A stretch of DNA of 52,610 nucleotides from Candidatus Methylomirabilia bacterium. Its GTDB lineage: Bacteria > Methylomirabilota > Methylomirabilia > Rokubacteriales > CSP1-6. The DNA is taken from positions 1 through 52,610 of the forward strand of contig JBGQEL010000023.1 of the NCBI GenBank assembly GCA_041496385.1, given 5' to 3'. Positions 44,810 to 52,610 of this stretch are shown here, piece after piece; the stretch's first letter is position 1, and every line of letters begins with the position of its first letter. The notes beneath the pieces were generated by a model. The model made no database searches. It had not been told where the DNA came from and was given only the letters and a program-made list of their open reading frames with translations. A program made the position numbers and the translations under genes.

Positions 44810-46711
44810 CTACCCCCCGCGCAAGACCCGCCGCTCGCCGACGCGCGTCGTGACCCGGCGCTGGTCGAAGAACTCGAGGAGCGGGATCGCGTACTTGCGG
44901 GAAATGCCGAGGAGGTCCTTGATGTCGCCCGGGCCGATCTCCCGGCGCTCGCGGAGCATCGCGACGAGCTTGGCCTGGATCGTCTCGAGCGCGCCGGCGT
45001 GGAAGAACAGGGATTCCTTGACGCGGAGGAGCCTGCCCGACTGCACGAGCACCTGGAACAGCTCGTGCTCCTCGTCGCCTCGGACGCCCGCGCGCGCGAG
45101 CGCCTCCTCCGGGCCGGGTGGAGCTGCTTCCGCCTGGAGGAACTCCCGCTCGACCTGATCCACCACGCGCTGCTGCTCGGGCGAGAGCCGCACTTCGTGG
45201 GTGGCGAGGCGGACCTTGTCGCGCTCCGTCCTCAGGACACCCTCGGCCTCGAGCGCCCCGAGCAGCGACGCGAAGACGCGCTCGTCGGCGCTCCCCGCGC
45301 GCCCGCGGAGCTCCTCGCGGGACATTCCCGGGCGCAAGGGGTGGGCGCCATGGAAGGTCTCGAGCGCCCCGACCGCGAGCCCGCGGAGCCGCGTGAAGCT
45401 CTCGGGGTGGAGGAACCAGTCACGATCGACCACGAGCACGCGGCCACCCGCGACCAGCCCGTCGAGCAGCCGGCGCAGGCGCTCCGGGCCGAAGGGGACC
45501 CGGCCCGAGAGCGCGGCGAACCGGACGCCCGCCGCGCCCACGTGGCGGACGTGCTCCTCGAGCACGGCCTCGGGGCTGCCCGTCTGGAGCAGGGCGAGGT
45601 GCGACACGAGCGCGGGCGCCTTGCGCTTGAAGCGCGGTGGGTCGACGTCGAGCAAGGTCCCGCCACCGATCGTCACGATCGGCGAGTACGAGCGGAGCAC
45701 GAAGCGGTCGCCCGGCTGGGCGACGAGAGGCCGCTCGAGCCGGAAGCGCGCAAACGCGGTCTCGCCCGGCGTGAGCTCGGCGCGGTCGAGCAGGAGCACG
45801 CGCGCCATGATCTCGCTGGTCCCGGCGTGGAGGCGCACGCGCGTCCGCGTTCTGACGGGGCGGGGCGCGTCCTTCAGAAGCTCGAGGGTGGCGTCCACGA
45901 GGAGCGCGGGGACGAGCGTACCCGCGTGCGCCAGCACGTCGCCGCGCTCGATCGCCGCGCGCTCGACACCCTGGAGGTTCACCGCCGTCCGCTGGCCGGC
46001 GCGCGCCTCGGCGACAGGATGGCCGTGGGTCTGCAGGCCGCGGATCTTCGCCTCGACGCCCTTCGGATAGATCTGGACTCGGTCGTCCACGCCGAGCCGC
46101 CCGGCCGTGAGGGTGCCCGTGGTGACGGTGCCGAACCCCTTCACGGTGAACACACGGTCGATCGGGAGGCGCGCGAGCTGATCCACGGCGCGCTCGGGAA
46201 CGGACTCCGCGAGTCGCCGGAGCGCCCCCCGCAGCTCGACGAGCCCTTCCCCCGTCTTCGCCGACGCGGCCAGGACCGGCGCGCCTTCGAGAAAGGTGGC
46301 GCGCACCAGCGCGATGACGTCATCGCGCACGAGCTCGAGCCAGTCGCGCTCGACGAGATCGGACTTCGTCAGGACCACGAGCCCACCCTTGATGCGCAGC
46401 AGCGAGCAGATTGAAAGGTGTTCACGCGTCTGCGGCATCACCCCCTCGTCCGCCGCGACCACCAGCATCGCGAGGTCGATGCCGCCGACGCCGGCGAGCA
46501 TGTTCCTCACGAAGCGCTCGTGACCCGGCACGTCCACGATCTCGATCGTGAGCCCGCCGGGCTCCTCCAGGAACGCAAAGCCGAGGTCGATGGTGATGCC
46601 GCGGGCCTTCTCCTCGGGCAGCCGGTCGGTGTCGATCCCCGTGAGCGCCTTGACCAGCGAGGTCTTGCCGTGGTCGATGTGGCCGGCCGTGCCGACGACG
46701 ACGTGTTTCAC
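44810..46711 (-). CDS. selB: Selenocysteine-specific elongation factor SelB
   Basis: [39 protein letters not shown]-terminal winged helix [17 protein letters not shown] start overlaps the selA stop. Confidence 0.97.
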   Translation of the reverse strand: MKHVVVGTAGHIDHGKTSLVKALTGIDTDRLPEEKARGITIDLGFAFLEEPGGLTIEIVDVPGHERFVRNMLAGVGGIDLAMLVVAADEGVMPQTREHLSICSLLRIKGGLVVLTKSDLVERDWLELVRDDVIALVRATFLEGAPVLAASAKTGEGLVELRGALRRLAESVPERAVDQLARLPIDRVFTVKGFGTVTTGTLTAGRLGVDDRVQIYPKGVEAKIRGLQTHGHPVAEARAGQRTAVNLQGVERAAIERGDVLAHAGTLVPALLVDATLELLKDAPRPVRTRTRVRLHAGTSEIMARVLLLDRAELTPGETAFARFRLERPLVAQPGDRFVLRSYSPIVTIGGGTLLDVDPPRFKRKAPALVSHLALLQTGSPEAVLEEHVRHVGAAGVRFAALSGRVPFGPERLRRLLDGLVAGGRVLVVDRDWFLHPESFTRLRGLAVGALETFHGAHPLRPGMSREELRGRAGSADERVFASLLGALEAEGVLRTERDKVRLATHEVRLSPEQQRVVDQVEREFLQAEAAPPGPEEALARAGVRGDEEHELFQVLVQSGRLLRVKESLFFHAGALETIQAKLVAMLRERREIGPGDIKDLLGISRKYAIPLLEFFDQRRVTTRVGERRVLRGG

Positions 46712-48108
46712 GGCAGTGCGGCGGCCCGGACAAGCGCCTGCGCGAGCGGCGGGACCTCGGAGGGGCGCACGGTCCGGCAATCGAGGAACAGGCGCTCGTC
46801 GGCCAGGCGGCCGATCACCGGGGGCTCGCCCTGCCGGAGCGTCTCGTCGAGGCGGCGCGCGTCGGCCCCGTCGCGCCCGAGGGTAAGGCCGGCCGATGGC
46901 AGCTCCACGGTTGGCAGCGCGCCCCCGCCGACCTGCGACCGGTGCTCGTCGATCCGAAGGGCGAGCCGCTCCCGCGGCTCCGGTGGGACCGCTCTGAGCA
47001 CGCGTCGCGCCCGCCGGAGCACGTCGGCCACCGGCTCGGTCAGCATCCGGAGCGTCGGGATCGTCTCGCGAGCCACGCCTGCCTCGAAGGCGTAGAGTGT
47101 CGCCTCGAGCGCCGCGAGCGTGAGCTTGTCGACCCGCAGCGCGCGGTTCCACGGGTTCCGCTTGAGCCGTGAGACGACCGCCCTCGTGCCGACGACGATG
47201 CCGGCCTGGGGCCCGCCGAGGAGCTTGTCGCCGGAAAACGTGACGAGGTCGAGGCCTGCGCCGACCGCCTCCGGGACCGTCGGCTCGTACGGGAAGCCCC
47301 ATGGGCGCAAGTCCACGAGCGAGCCCGAACCCAGGTCTTCCATGACCGGGATCCCGCGTGCCCGCCCGAGCTCGACGAGCTGGGGCGAGGCGACGTCGGC
47401 CGTGAAGCCGACGACGCGGTAGTTCGACGTGTGCACCTTGAGGAGCAGGCCTGTGTTGGGGCCGATCGCGTCGGCGTAATCCCGGAGGTGCGTCCGGTTC
47501 GTGCTCCCGACCTCGCGAAGCACGGCGCCGCTCCGCAGCATGATGTCGGGAATGCGGAACTCGCCGCCGATCTCGATGAGCTCGCCCCGCGACACCACGA
47601 CCTCCTTGCCGTGGGCGAGCGTTTCGAGCGCGAGGAGCACGGCGGCCGCGTTGTTGTTGACGACCAGCGCGTCCTCCCCGCCCGTGAGCCGCCGCAGGAG
47701 GCCCTCGACGTGGCTGTAGCGGGATCCGCGCTCCTTCGTGGCGAGGTCGAGCTCGAGATTGGAGTAACCCGTCGCGACGGCGCTCACCCGCTCGAGCGCG
47801 AGCGGCGACAGCAGCGCGCGGCCGAGGTTCGTGTGGAGCACGACGCCCGTCGCGTTGATGACCGCGCGGAGCGAGAAGACGCCCGCGCGCCGCACGCGCT
47901 CGACGACGCTGGCGGCCAGCGCGTCGGCGGCCACGGGCGCGGTGCGGAGCTCCCGGGCCCGATGCCGCTCCGCCTCGAGCGTCTCGCGGACCAGTGCCGT
48001 CAGTCGCGCGCGCGGGACGCCGCGGAGCTCCGCCCGGTCGGCGAGCGCGCGCAGGAGCTGGTCGACGGAGGGGAGGCTGCGGAGTGCGCCGCCCGGGTCA
48101 CCGTTCAT
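46708..48108 (-). CDS. selA: L-seryl-tRNA(Sec) selenium transferase
   Basis: [45 protein letters not shown]-Lys motif [13 protein letters not shown]. Start MNGDP at 48108. Confidence 0.97.
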   Translation of the reverse strand: MNGDPGGALRSLPSVDQLLRALADRAELRGVPRARLTALVRETLEAERHRARELRTAPVAADALAASVVERVRRAGVFSLRAVINATGVVLHTNLGRALLSPLALERVSAVATGYSNLELDLATKERGSRYSHVEGLLRRLTGGEDALVVNNNAAAVLLALETLAHGKEVVVSRGELIEIGGEFRIPDIMLRSGAVLREVGSTNRTHLRDYADAIGPNTGLLLKVHTSNYRVVGFTADVASPQLVELGRARGIPVMEDLGSGSLVDLRPWGFPYEPTVPEAVGAGLDLVTFSGDKLLGGPQAGIVVGTRAVVSRLKRNPWNRALRVDKLTLAALEATLYAFEAGVARETIPTLRMLTEPVADVLRRARRVLRAVPPEPRERLALRIDEHRSQVGGGALPTVELPSAGLTLGRDGADARRLDETLRQGEPPVIGRLADERLFLDCRTVRPSEVPPLAQALVRAAALP

Positions 48109-48382
48109 CGAGCGCGGCCTCGACCTTTTTGCGCACGCGGGCGATGACCTCTTGCGTCTCGTGGCGCCACGTCTGGGCGGTCCACTTGCCCTCGGTGCCT
48201 GGCCCCCCGCGGCGCACGGCCTCCTCGACAAGCCCGGCCCAGAGCTCGTCGAGGTCCGCGACGGAGAGACCCTGGCCGCGGAGGGCGCGCGTCCATTCCG
48301 AGGCGAGGCTGTCGATGAGCTTGTCGCGCTCGGCGGCCAGGCGCCGCGCCTTGCGGATGAGGTCGGCGAGTCGTGAAGGCAT
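48098..48382 (-). CDS. Small helical hypothetical protein overlapping the selA start
   Basis: 94-aa ORF that fills the gap exactly: 3 nt after the upstream stop and an 11-nt overlap with selA. Confidence 0.7.
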   Translation of the reverse strand: MPSRLADLIRKARRLAAERDKLIDSLASEWTRALRGQGLSVADLDELWAGLVEEAVRRGGPGTEGKWTAQTWRHETQEVIARVRKKVEAALDER

Positions 48383-48385
48383 CGC

Positions 48386-48874
48386 CTACTCCCGCACGAG
48401 CTCACGGACGGCATCGAGCAGATTCGCCTCGAATCGTCCGGTCGAGGCGCACGCGTACACGGGGGCGGGCCGCAGCTTGCCGCTCGAGCCCCTGCGGTGC
48501 ATGTGCGTGCGCATCTTCGAGTTGACCTGGATCTTCGTGCGCGCGCCGTCGGGCTCCGCGAACAGCGTGAAGGCGACGATCGCCTCACCCTCGATCAGGT
48601 CGTCGCCGATGCGCCCGCAATCCGCGTAGACGCCGATGGGAGCGATGAAGTCATCCGAGGCGATGACCCCGGAGTCGCGGGCGATGGCCCGCAGCGGCAC
48701 GTTCTCCTTCGCGAGCGCCCGGACGATCGCCACCCACGCCGTCTCGTACTTCGCGTCGACCCCTGTCCGGTGGGGGGGCGGCGCCAGGGGGGAGATGTAG
48801 GGCCTGGCGCAGCCGGTCGCGAGCAGCGCGGCCAGAAGGACGCCCGCGCGTCTACTTGTGATGATCGATCCCAC
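48386..48874 (-). CDS. Hypothetical lipoprotein
   Basis: Lipobox-like RRAGVLLAALLATGC; DSGVI motif; two further Cys (YADCG, YACASTG). Confidence 0.7.
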   Translation of the reverse strand: MGSIITSRRAGVLLAALLATGCARPYISPLAPPPHRTGVDAKYETAWVAIVRALAKENVPLRAIARDSGVIASDDFIAPIGVYADCGRIGDDLIEGEAIVAFTLFAEPDGARTKIQVNSKMRTHMHRRGSSGKLRPAPVYACASTGRFEANLLDAVRELVRE

Positions 48875-49385
48875 GGTACGCGTCGATGAAGCGGACCACG
48901 CGCGCTTCGTCGAGCTCCTCGAAGACGTCGAGGCGGGTCCAGGCCGTGAGCGCGATCCTATTCTTCATCGGTGGGTACGGCGCCAGGACCACGTGCTTGC
49001 CGTATTTCTGGACGATCGCCTTGAGCTTCCCCGCGAGCTCGGGACACTCGCAGTTGTACTGCACGAGCACCCCGCCGTCTTCCAGATTGTGGACCTGGAG
49101 CTCGGGCGGAATCGGCCGCGTGTGCACGCCCCAGGGCGCGATGTACGGCAGGTGTGGTCCGGAGGTTGGCGGGTCGGAGTTGTACGGCACGTGCGGCGTC
49201 TCGGTCGTCTGGAGGTGGTTGTTGCCCTGGTCGTCGAACTGCTGGCCCGGCAGGTTCGCAGCCGCCCGATACGCGAAGTAGGCCACGATCGCCGCGACGA
49301 CGACGACCGCCGCGCTCGCGAGGAAGAGGCGCTGTCGTCGAGGAATCCGCCGACCGGTCTTCGACTGTCGCACGCGCTTGGCCAT
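48852..49385 (-). CDS. DUF3105-family membrane-anchored protein
   Basis: N-terminal TM, YNSDPPTSGPH, VHNLEDGGVLVQYNC, IALTAWTR; SD AGGAG. Confidence 0.85.
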   Translation of the reverse strand: MAKRVRQSKTGRRIPRRQRLFLASAAVVVVAAIVAYFAYRAAANLPGQQFDDQGNNHLQTTETPHVPYNSDPPTSGPHLPYIAPWGVHTRPIPPELQVHNLEDGGVLVQYNCECPELAGKLKAIVQKYGKHVVLAPYPPMKNRIALTAWTRLDVFEELDEARVVRFIDAYRGIDHHK

Positions 49386-49396
49386 GAGTCTCCTGA

Positions 49397-49494
49397 TGGC
49401 GGAAGCGTATGGGAGTCGAACCCATCGACCGTTTGTCTAGAACGGTCCACCGGATTTGAAGTCCGGGAGGCCCACCGGGTTCCTAGACGCTTCC
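49397..49494 (-). tRNA. selC: tRNA-Sec (UCA)
   Basis: 8-bp acceptor stem GGAAGCGT/ACGCTTCC, anticodon loop CTTCAAA, 7-bp variable arm GACCGTT/AACGGTC, T-arm ATGGG-TTCGACT-CCCAT, G discriminator and encoded CCA; next to selAB. Confidence 0.97.
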
Positions 49495-49874
49495 AAAGCT
49501 CGTCCGAGCTTCCCTCCCTCGGCATGAGCCATAAGAGTGTAACACCGGGGAATCCGTTGTCATTCCCGTGACGGCGGTGCCTGACGTCTGGCGGCGCCCT
49601 GGACGCGAGGCCCGACAGGTTGCCGGAAAGCATCGGCTTGACGGTCTCTGGAAGGGGGCCCCGGGGCGGGTCGGTGCTGGGGATGGAGTCTGGTCGGGGC
49701 AAGGGGGGTGCCCGACCTCCGGCAGGATCGTCGCGATATCGGCGACCGCACAGTGCTTCGAAACGATCGGCGCGAGCTCCGTCGCGACTGCGGCGCCGGG
49801 CGTTAGACCGCAGCGCCCCAAGAGCTCGATTTCTGGTCGGGGGCCGGCGGCGCCCTGCTACGATATTTCGCGAC

Positions 49875-50804
49875 GTGGCAGAGCTGAGGCGCAGGAGCCC
49901 TCGACAGGACCGCGCGGAATCTCCCTGGGGGCTCGGTGGACTCACCGTCCGTCAGCTCGCTCGGCGGGTCTACCTGAGGCTCTGGGAGGACGAAGTCCTC
50001 GACCGGGCCGCCGGCCTCTCGTACTACTTCTGCTTTGCGCTTTTCCCCACGCTGCTCTTCTTGACGGCGCTGCTCGGGATGCTGCCGCAGCCCGACCTGA
50101 TGAGCCGGCTTCTCGACTACGTCGACCGGATGCTCCCGGCCGACGCGGCCTCGCTCCTTCGAAAGACGCTTGCGGAGGTCGTGAGCGGCGCGAGCGGCAG
50201 TCTGATTTCAGTCGGCGTGCTCGCCGCGCTCTGGGGAGCATCGAGCGGGATGCGCTCCATCATGACCGCGCTGAACGTCGCGTACGGCGTGCCGGATCGC
50301 CGCCAATGGTGGCAATCGCGGCTGATTGCGATCGGGCTGACGCTCGGCTTCTCGCTCTTCGGGCTGACGGCGCTGCTGCTGCTGGTCTTCGGTGGGCGCA
50401 TCGGCGAGGTGGTCGCCGATCGCATCGGCCTCGGCCCCGCGTTCACGGTCGTCTGGACGCTCGCCCAGTGGCCGGTCGCGATCCTTCTCGTGTTGACGGC
50501 GCTGGCGCTCGTCTACTGGCTCGCGCCCGCCGCCGGTCGTGGCTGGTACTGGATCACGCCGGGCTCGATCTTTGCGGTCTTCGCGTGGCTCCTGATGTCC
50601 TCGGGGCTTCGCCTCTACGTCGCTTTCTTCGGCAACTACAACGCGACCTACGGCTCCATCGGCGGCGTGATCCTCCTGATGCTCTGGCTCTACATGAGCG
50701 GCGTCGCGCTTTTGATCGGAGCCGAGATCAACTCCGTCGGCGAGGAGATGCAGGGCAACGGGGTGCCCCAATCCCGAACGGCGCGCTCGGGCTCACTCTA
50801 CTAG
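49875..50804 (+). CDS. YihY/BrkB-family inner-membrane protein
   Basis: DRAAGLSYYFCFALFP, ALNVAYGV, PGSIFA, YNATYGSIGGVILLMLWLY, GAEIN. Start GTG 49875 (approximate), after a TG-N-TACGAT extended -10-like element. Confidence 0.92.
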   Translation: MAELRRRSPRQDRAESPWGLGGLTVRQLARRVYLRLWEDEVLDRAAGLSYYFCFALFPTLLFLTALLGMLPQPDLMSRLLDYVDRMLPADAASLLRKTLAEVVSGASGSLISVGVLAALWGASSGMRSIMTALNVAYGVPDRRQWWQSRLIAIGLTLGFSLFGLTALLLLVFGGRIGEVVADRIGLGPAFTVVWTLAQWPVAILLVLTALALVYWLAPAAGRGWYWITPGSIFAVFAWLLMSSGLRLYVAFFGNYNATYGSIGGVILLMLWLYMSGVALLIGAEINSVGEEMQGNGVPQSRTARSGSLY

Positions 50805-51040
50805 CCACCCATCAGCGGGGGAAAGATCGCGACGGAGTCGCCGCTGGCGAGGCGGCGCCCGGGCTCGGCATCTTCGCCGTTCACGAGCACGACCCGCGCC
50901 AAATCCGCCGGAATACCGAGGCGGCCGGCGAGATCGCCCACGGTGACGCCGTCGGGGAGGTCAAGGGTGGCGGCGCCAGCACGGTTCGGAGCGGGCAGGA
51001 ACGAAAGAAACGCCGCGAAGAGCCTGACTTCGACCTTCAG
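50801..51040 (-). CDS. MoaD/ThiS-family ubiquitin-like sulfur carrier with a non-canonical CTG start
   Basis: Manual translation: (M)KVEVRLFAAFLSFLPAPNRAGAATLDLPDGVTVGDLAGRLGIPADLARVVLVNGEDAEPGRRLASGDSVAIFPPLMGG-stop, with C-terminal GG. Absent from the ORF track. Confidence 0.88.
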   Translation of the reverse strand: MKVEVRLFAAFLSFLPAPNRAGAATLDLPDGVTVGDLAGRLGIPADLARVVLVNGEDAEPGRRLASGDSVAIFPPLMGG

Positions 51041-52323
51041 CGCAGCTCGGCGACGCGCAGGCGGTCGCCCGGGTGGAGGCGATCCTGCTTCTCGAGGCTG
51101 TTCCAGCGGACGAGGTCGCCGACCGAGACTCCGTACCGCTTGGCGATCGAGGCCACCGTATCACGCGGACGGACGACGTGGAGGCCCCCGGTCACGGTCG
51201 TGCCCGTTCGGCGCGGGGCCAACGCGGCGAGAACACCCTCGCGCGTCCCCAGCGGGACCTTGAGATCCCACGGGGCTCCGGGAGGCGTCACCCCACGGAC
51301 GAGGACAGAATTCAGAGACTGCAGGCCTTCGAACGACACCCCGGCGGTTGCCGCGAGGCGGCGAAGATCGGTCGAGGGAGGTACTGTCACCGACTCGTGA
51401 TGGTGAGGGCTTGCCTCGCTCGATTCGAAGCCGTACTGCCCGGGGTTTCGGCCGATGATCGTCGCGGCCTGGATGGCCGGGACGAACTCTTGCGTCTCCC
51501 GCCGGAGAAACCTTGTCCGGTTGAGTACCCAGAAGTCGGATGAGCCCGTCGCGCGGATCGCGCGCGTCACCGTCAGCTCACCCGCGTTGTAGGCCGCCTG
51601 GGCGAGCGTCCATGAGCCGAATTGGTTGTAGAGATCGCGGAGGTAAGCGGCCGCCGCCCGGGTCGACTTTTCGGGGTCGAGCCGCTCGTCCACCCACTGG
51701 TCGACGCGCAGACCGTAATTGCGGCCCGTCCTCGCCATGAACTGCCACAGGCCCTTTGCGCCGGCACGCGAGACCGCCAGCGGATTGAATCCGCTCTCGA
51801 TCATCACCGTAAACGCGAGGTCGACAGGCAGGCCGTGGCCGCGCAGAGTCTGCCGGATCATTTCAAGATACCTTCCCGAGCGGCTCATCCAGGTCTCGAC
51901 GACGGCACGTCGGCTTCCGGTGAAGCGCTCCAGGAAGTATCGGACCTGGGCGTTCAGTTCCACTGGATAGTCCGGAGGGTCGTGAACGACCGGAACCACC
52001 TGAAGACGAGCCGACTCGGCAAAGGCCTCCGCCCAGGCGTCGACTTCCGGAATCTCCTCCCACCGAGTCGAGTCGGCCTCGGAACCTGGCTCGACGATCC
52101 TGGGTTCAACGAACAAGCCGGGACGTACGCTCTCCTCAGGGGGCGGCGGAACCGCGGCGAATTCCAAGGGGGTCGGATCGTAGAGGTGTGGTTCGGCGGC
52201 GCTGGGCGCGAACGCACCGGAGGCCAAAAGGCCGAAGAAACCGACGGTCATTGCGAGGAATCTGGCTCGAATCGGCATATTTAGGTAGGGAACTTCCGTA
52301 GTTTTTATCATGCGGTTGGCCAT
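51037..52323 (-). CDS. mltD: MltD-like lytic transglycosylase (SLT + LysM)
   Basis: MIESGFNP.AVSRAGAKGLWQFM, DERLDPEKST, AAYNAGE, RETQEFVP; LysM HVVRPRDTVASIAKRYGVSVGDLVRWN. Start uncertain. Confidence 0.88.
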   Translation of the reverse strand: MANRMIKTTEVPYLNMPIRARFLAMTVGFFGLLASGAFAPSAAEPHLYDPTPLEFAAVPPPPEESVRPGLFVEPRIVEPGSEADSTRWEEIPEVDAWAEAFAESARLQVVPVVHDPPDYPVELNAQVRYFLERFTGSRRAVVETWMSRSGRYLEMIRQTLRGHGLPVDLAFTVMIESGFNPLAVSRAGAKGLWQFMARTGRNYGLRVDQWVDERLDPEKSTRAAAAYLRDLYNQFGSWTLAQAAYNAGELTVTRAIRATGSSDFWVLNRTRFLRRETQEFVPAIQAATIIGRNPGQYGFESSEASPHHHESVTVPPSTDLRRLAATAGVSFEGLQSLNSVLVRGVTPPGAPWDLKVPLGTREGVLAALAPRRTGTTVTGGLHVVRPRDTVASIAKRYGVSVGDLVRWNSLEKQDRLHPGDRLRVAELR

Positions 52324-52367
52324 CGGTCAACCCGCTTCAGCCAAGCATGTGACCAAATGGGACAATA

Positions 52368-52396
52368 TTGCCCTTCTGTCAATATTTCTATATATT
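52368..52396 (+). promoter_or_regulatory. sigma70-like promoter in an AT-rich divergent intergenic region
   Basis: TTGCCC-N17-TATATT upstream of the 52486 gene. Confidence 0.45.
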
Positions 52397-52485
52397 TAGA
52401 ATAAGAATAAATTCCGATATGCCCTCGTCGTACGACCAGGAGACGCGTTGATCCAACCCCCAACCCGAGACAGAGGAGTGACACC

Positions 52486-52610
52486 GTGAAGAAGCTTTTG
52501 GCTCTGGCAGTCGCAGTAGCATTCGCCGCCGGCTCGGCCGGGCTTGCCGTCGCGCAGGCGCCCGCCCAGGCGCCGGCCGAGAAGAAGGCCGAGAACCCTG
52601 CGGAGAAGCC
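52486..52610 (+). CDS. Secreted low-complexity (Ala/Lys/Glu/Pro) protein, truncated by the window end
   Basis: SD GAGGAG, GTG start, MKKLLALAVAVAFAAGSAGLAVAQAPAQAPAEKKAENPAEK. Confidence 0.75.
   Translation, partial: MKKLLALAVAVAFAAGSAGLAVAQAPAQAPAEKKAENPAEK

Noticed and set aside
49397..49420. tRNA-Sec as an integration site for an island or prophage
   Set aside because: No integrase or transposase, and no duplicated tRNA 3' end noticed in the window.
49483..49821. 112-aa minus-strand ORF upstream of selC
   Set aside because: It overlaps the tRNA 5' end, is Pro/Arg-rich, and shows no recognisable domain or SD.
44810..52323. Selenoproteins (in-frame UGA plus SECIS) near the sel cluster
   Set aside because: Nearby genes appear complete without readthrough, and the TGA stops I checked overlap downstream starts. 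A bSECIS scan was not possible.

Overview
GC-rich bacterial chromosomal segment. Gene style suggests a diderm soil lineage such as Ca. Rokubacteria/Methylomirabilota; this is inference and was not tested. The left ~19.5 kb is an accessory exopolysaccharide/cell-surface locus. A minus-strand operon encodes a priming glycosyltransferase, Wzc, a helix-less OPX/Wza, YvcK/GlmR, a UDP-HexNAc dehydrogenase and a truncated heparinase II/III-like protein. Divergent from it are two paralogous secreted beta-helix proteins, the second with 5 Cys-rich repeats and a triple 'KAVHIxxLRxA' C-terminal module. Next come an outer-membrane beta-barrel and a sigma54 activator with no sensor domain; three sigma54-like promoters, each with an IHF-like site, are readable in the DNA. 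A TPP riboswitch-thiC unit follows, then a long, mostly minus-strand housekeeping run (ntrBC-like, tsaD, ctpA, envC, ftsXE, gatCAB, pcrA, macro domain, glmS, glmU, rluD, lspA, ileS), two GT-C-type membrane glycosyltransferases, tatA, a selenocysteine cluster (selB, selA, three unknown genes, tRNA-Sec), yihY, a CTG-start MoaD/ThiS-type protein missing from the ORF track, and an mltD-like gene. No mobile element or CRISPR array was seen. The best candidate for an undescribed system is the sigma54-controlled EPS locus with the beta-helix proteins and the triple-repeat C-terminal module.
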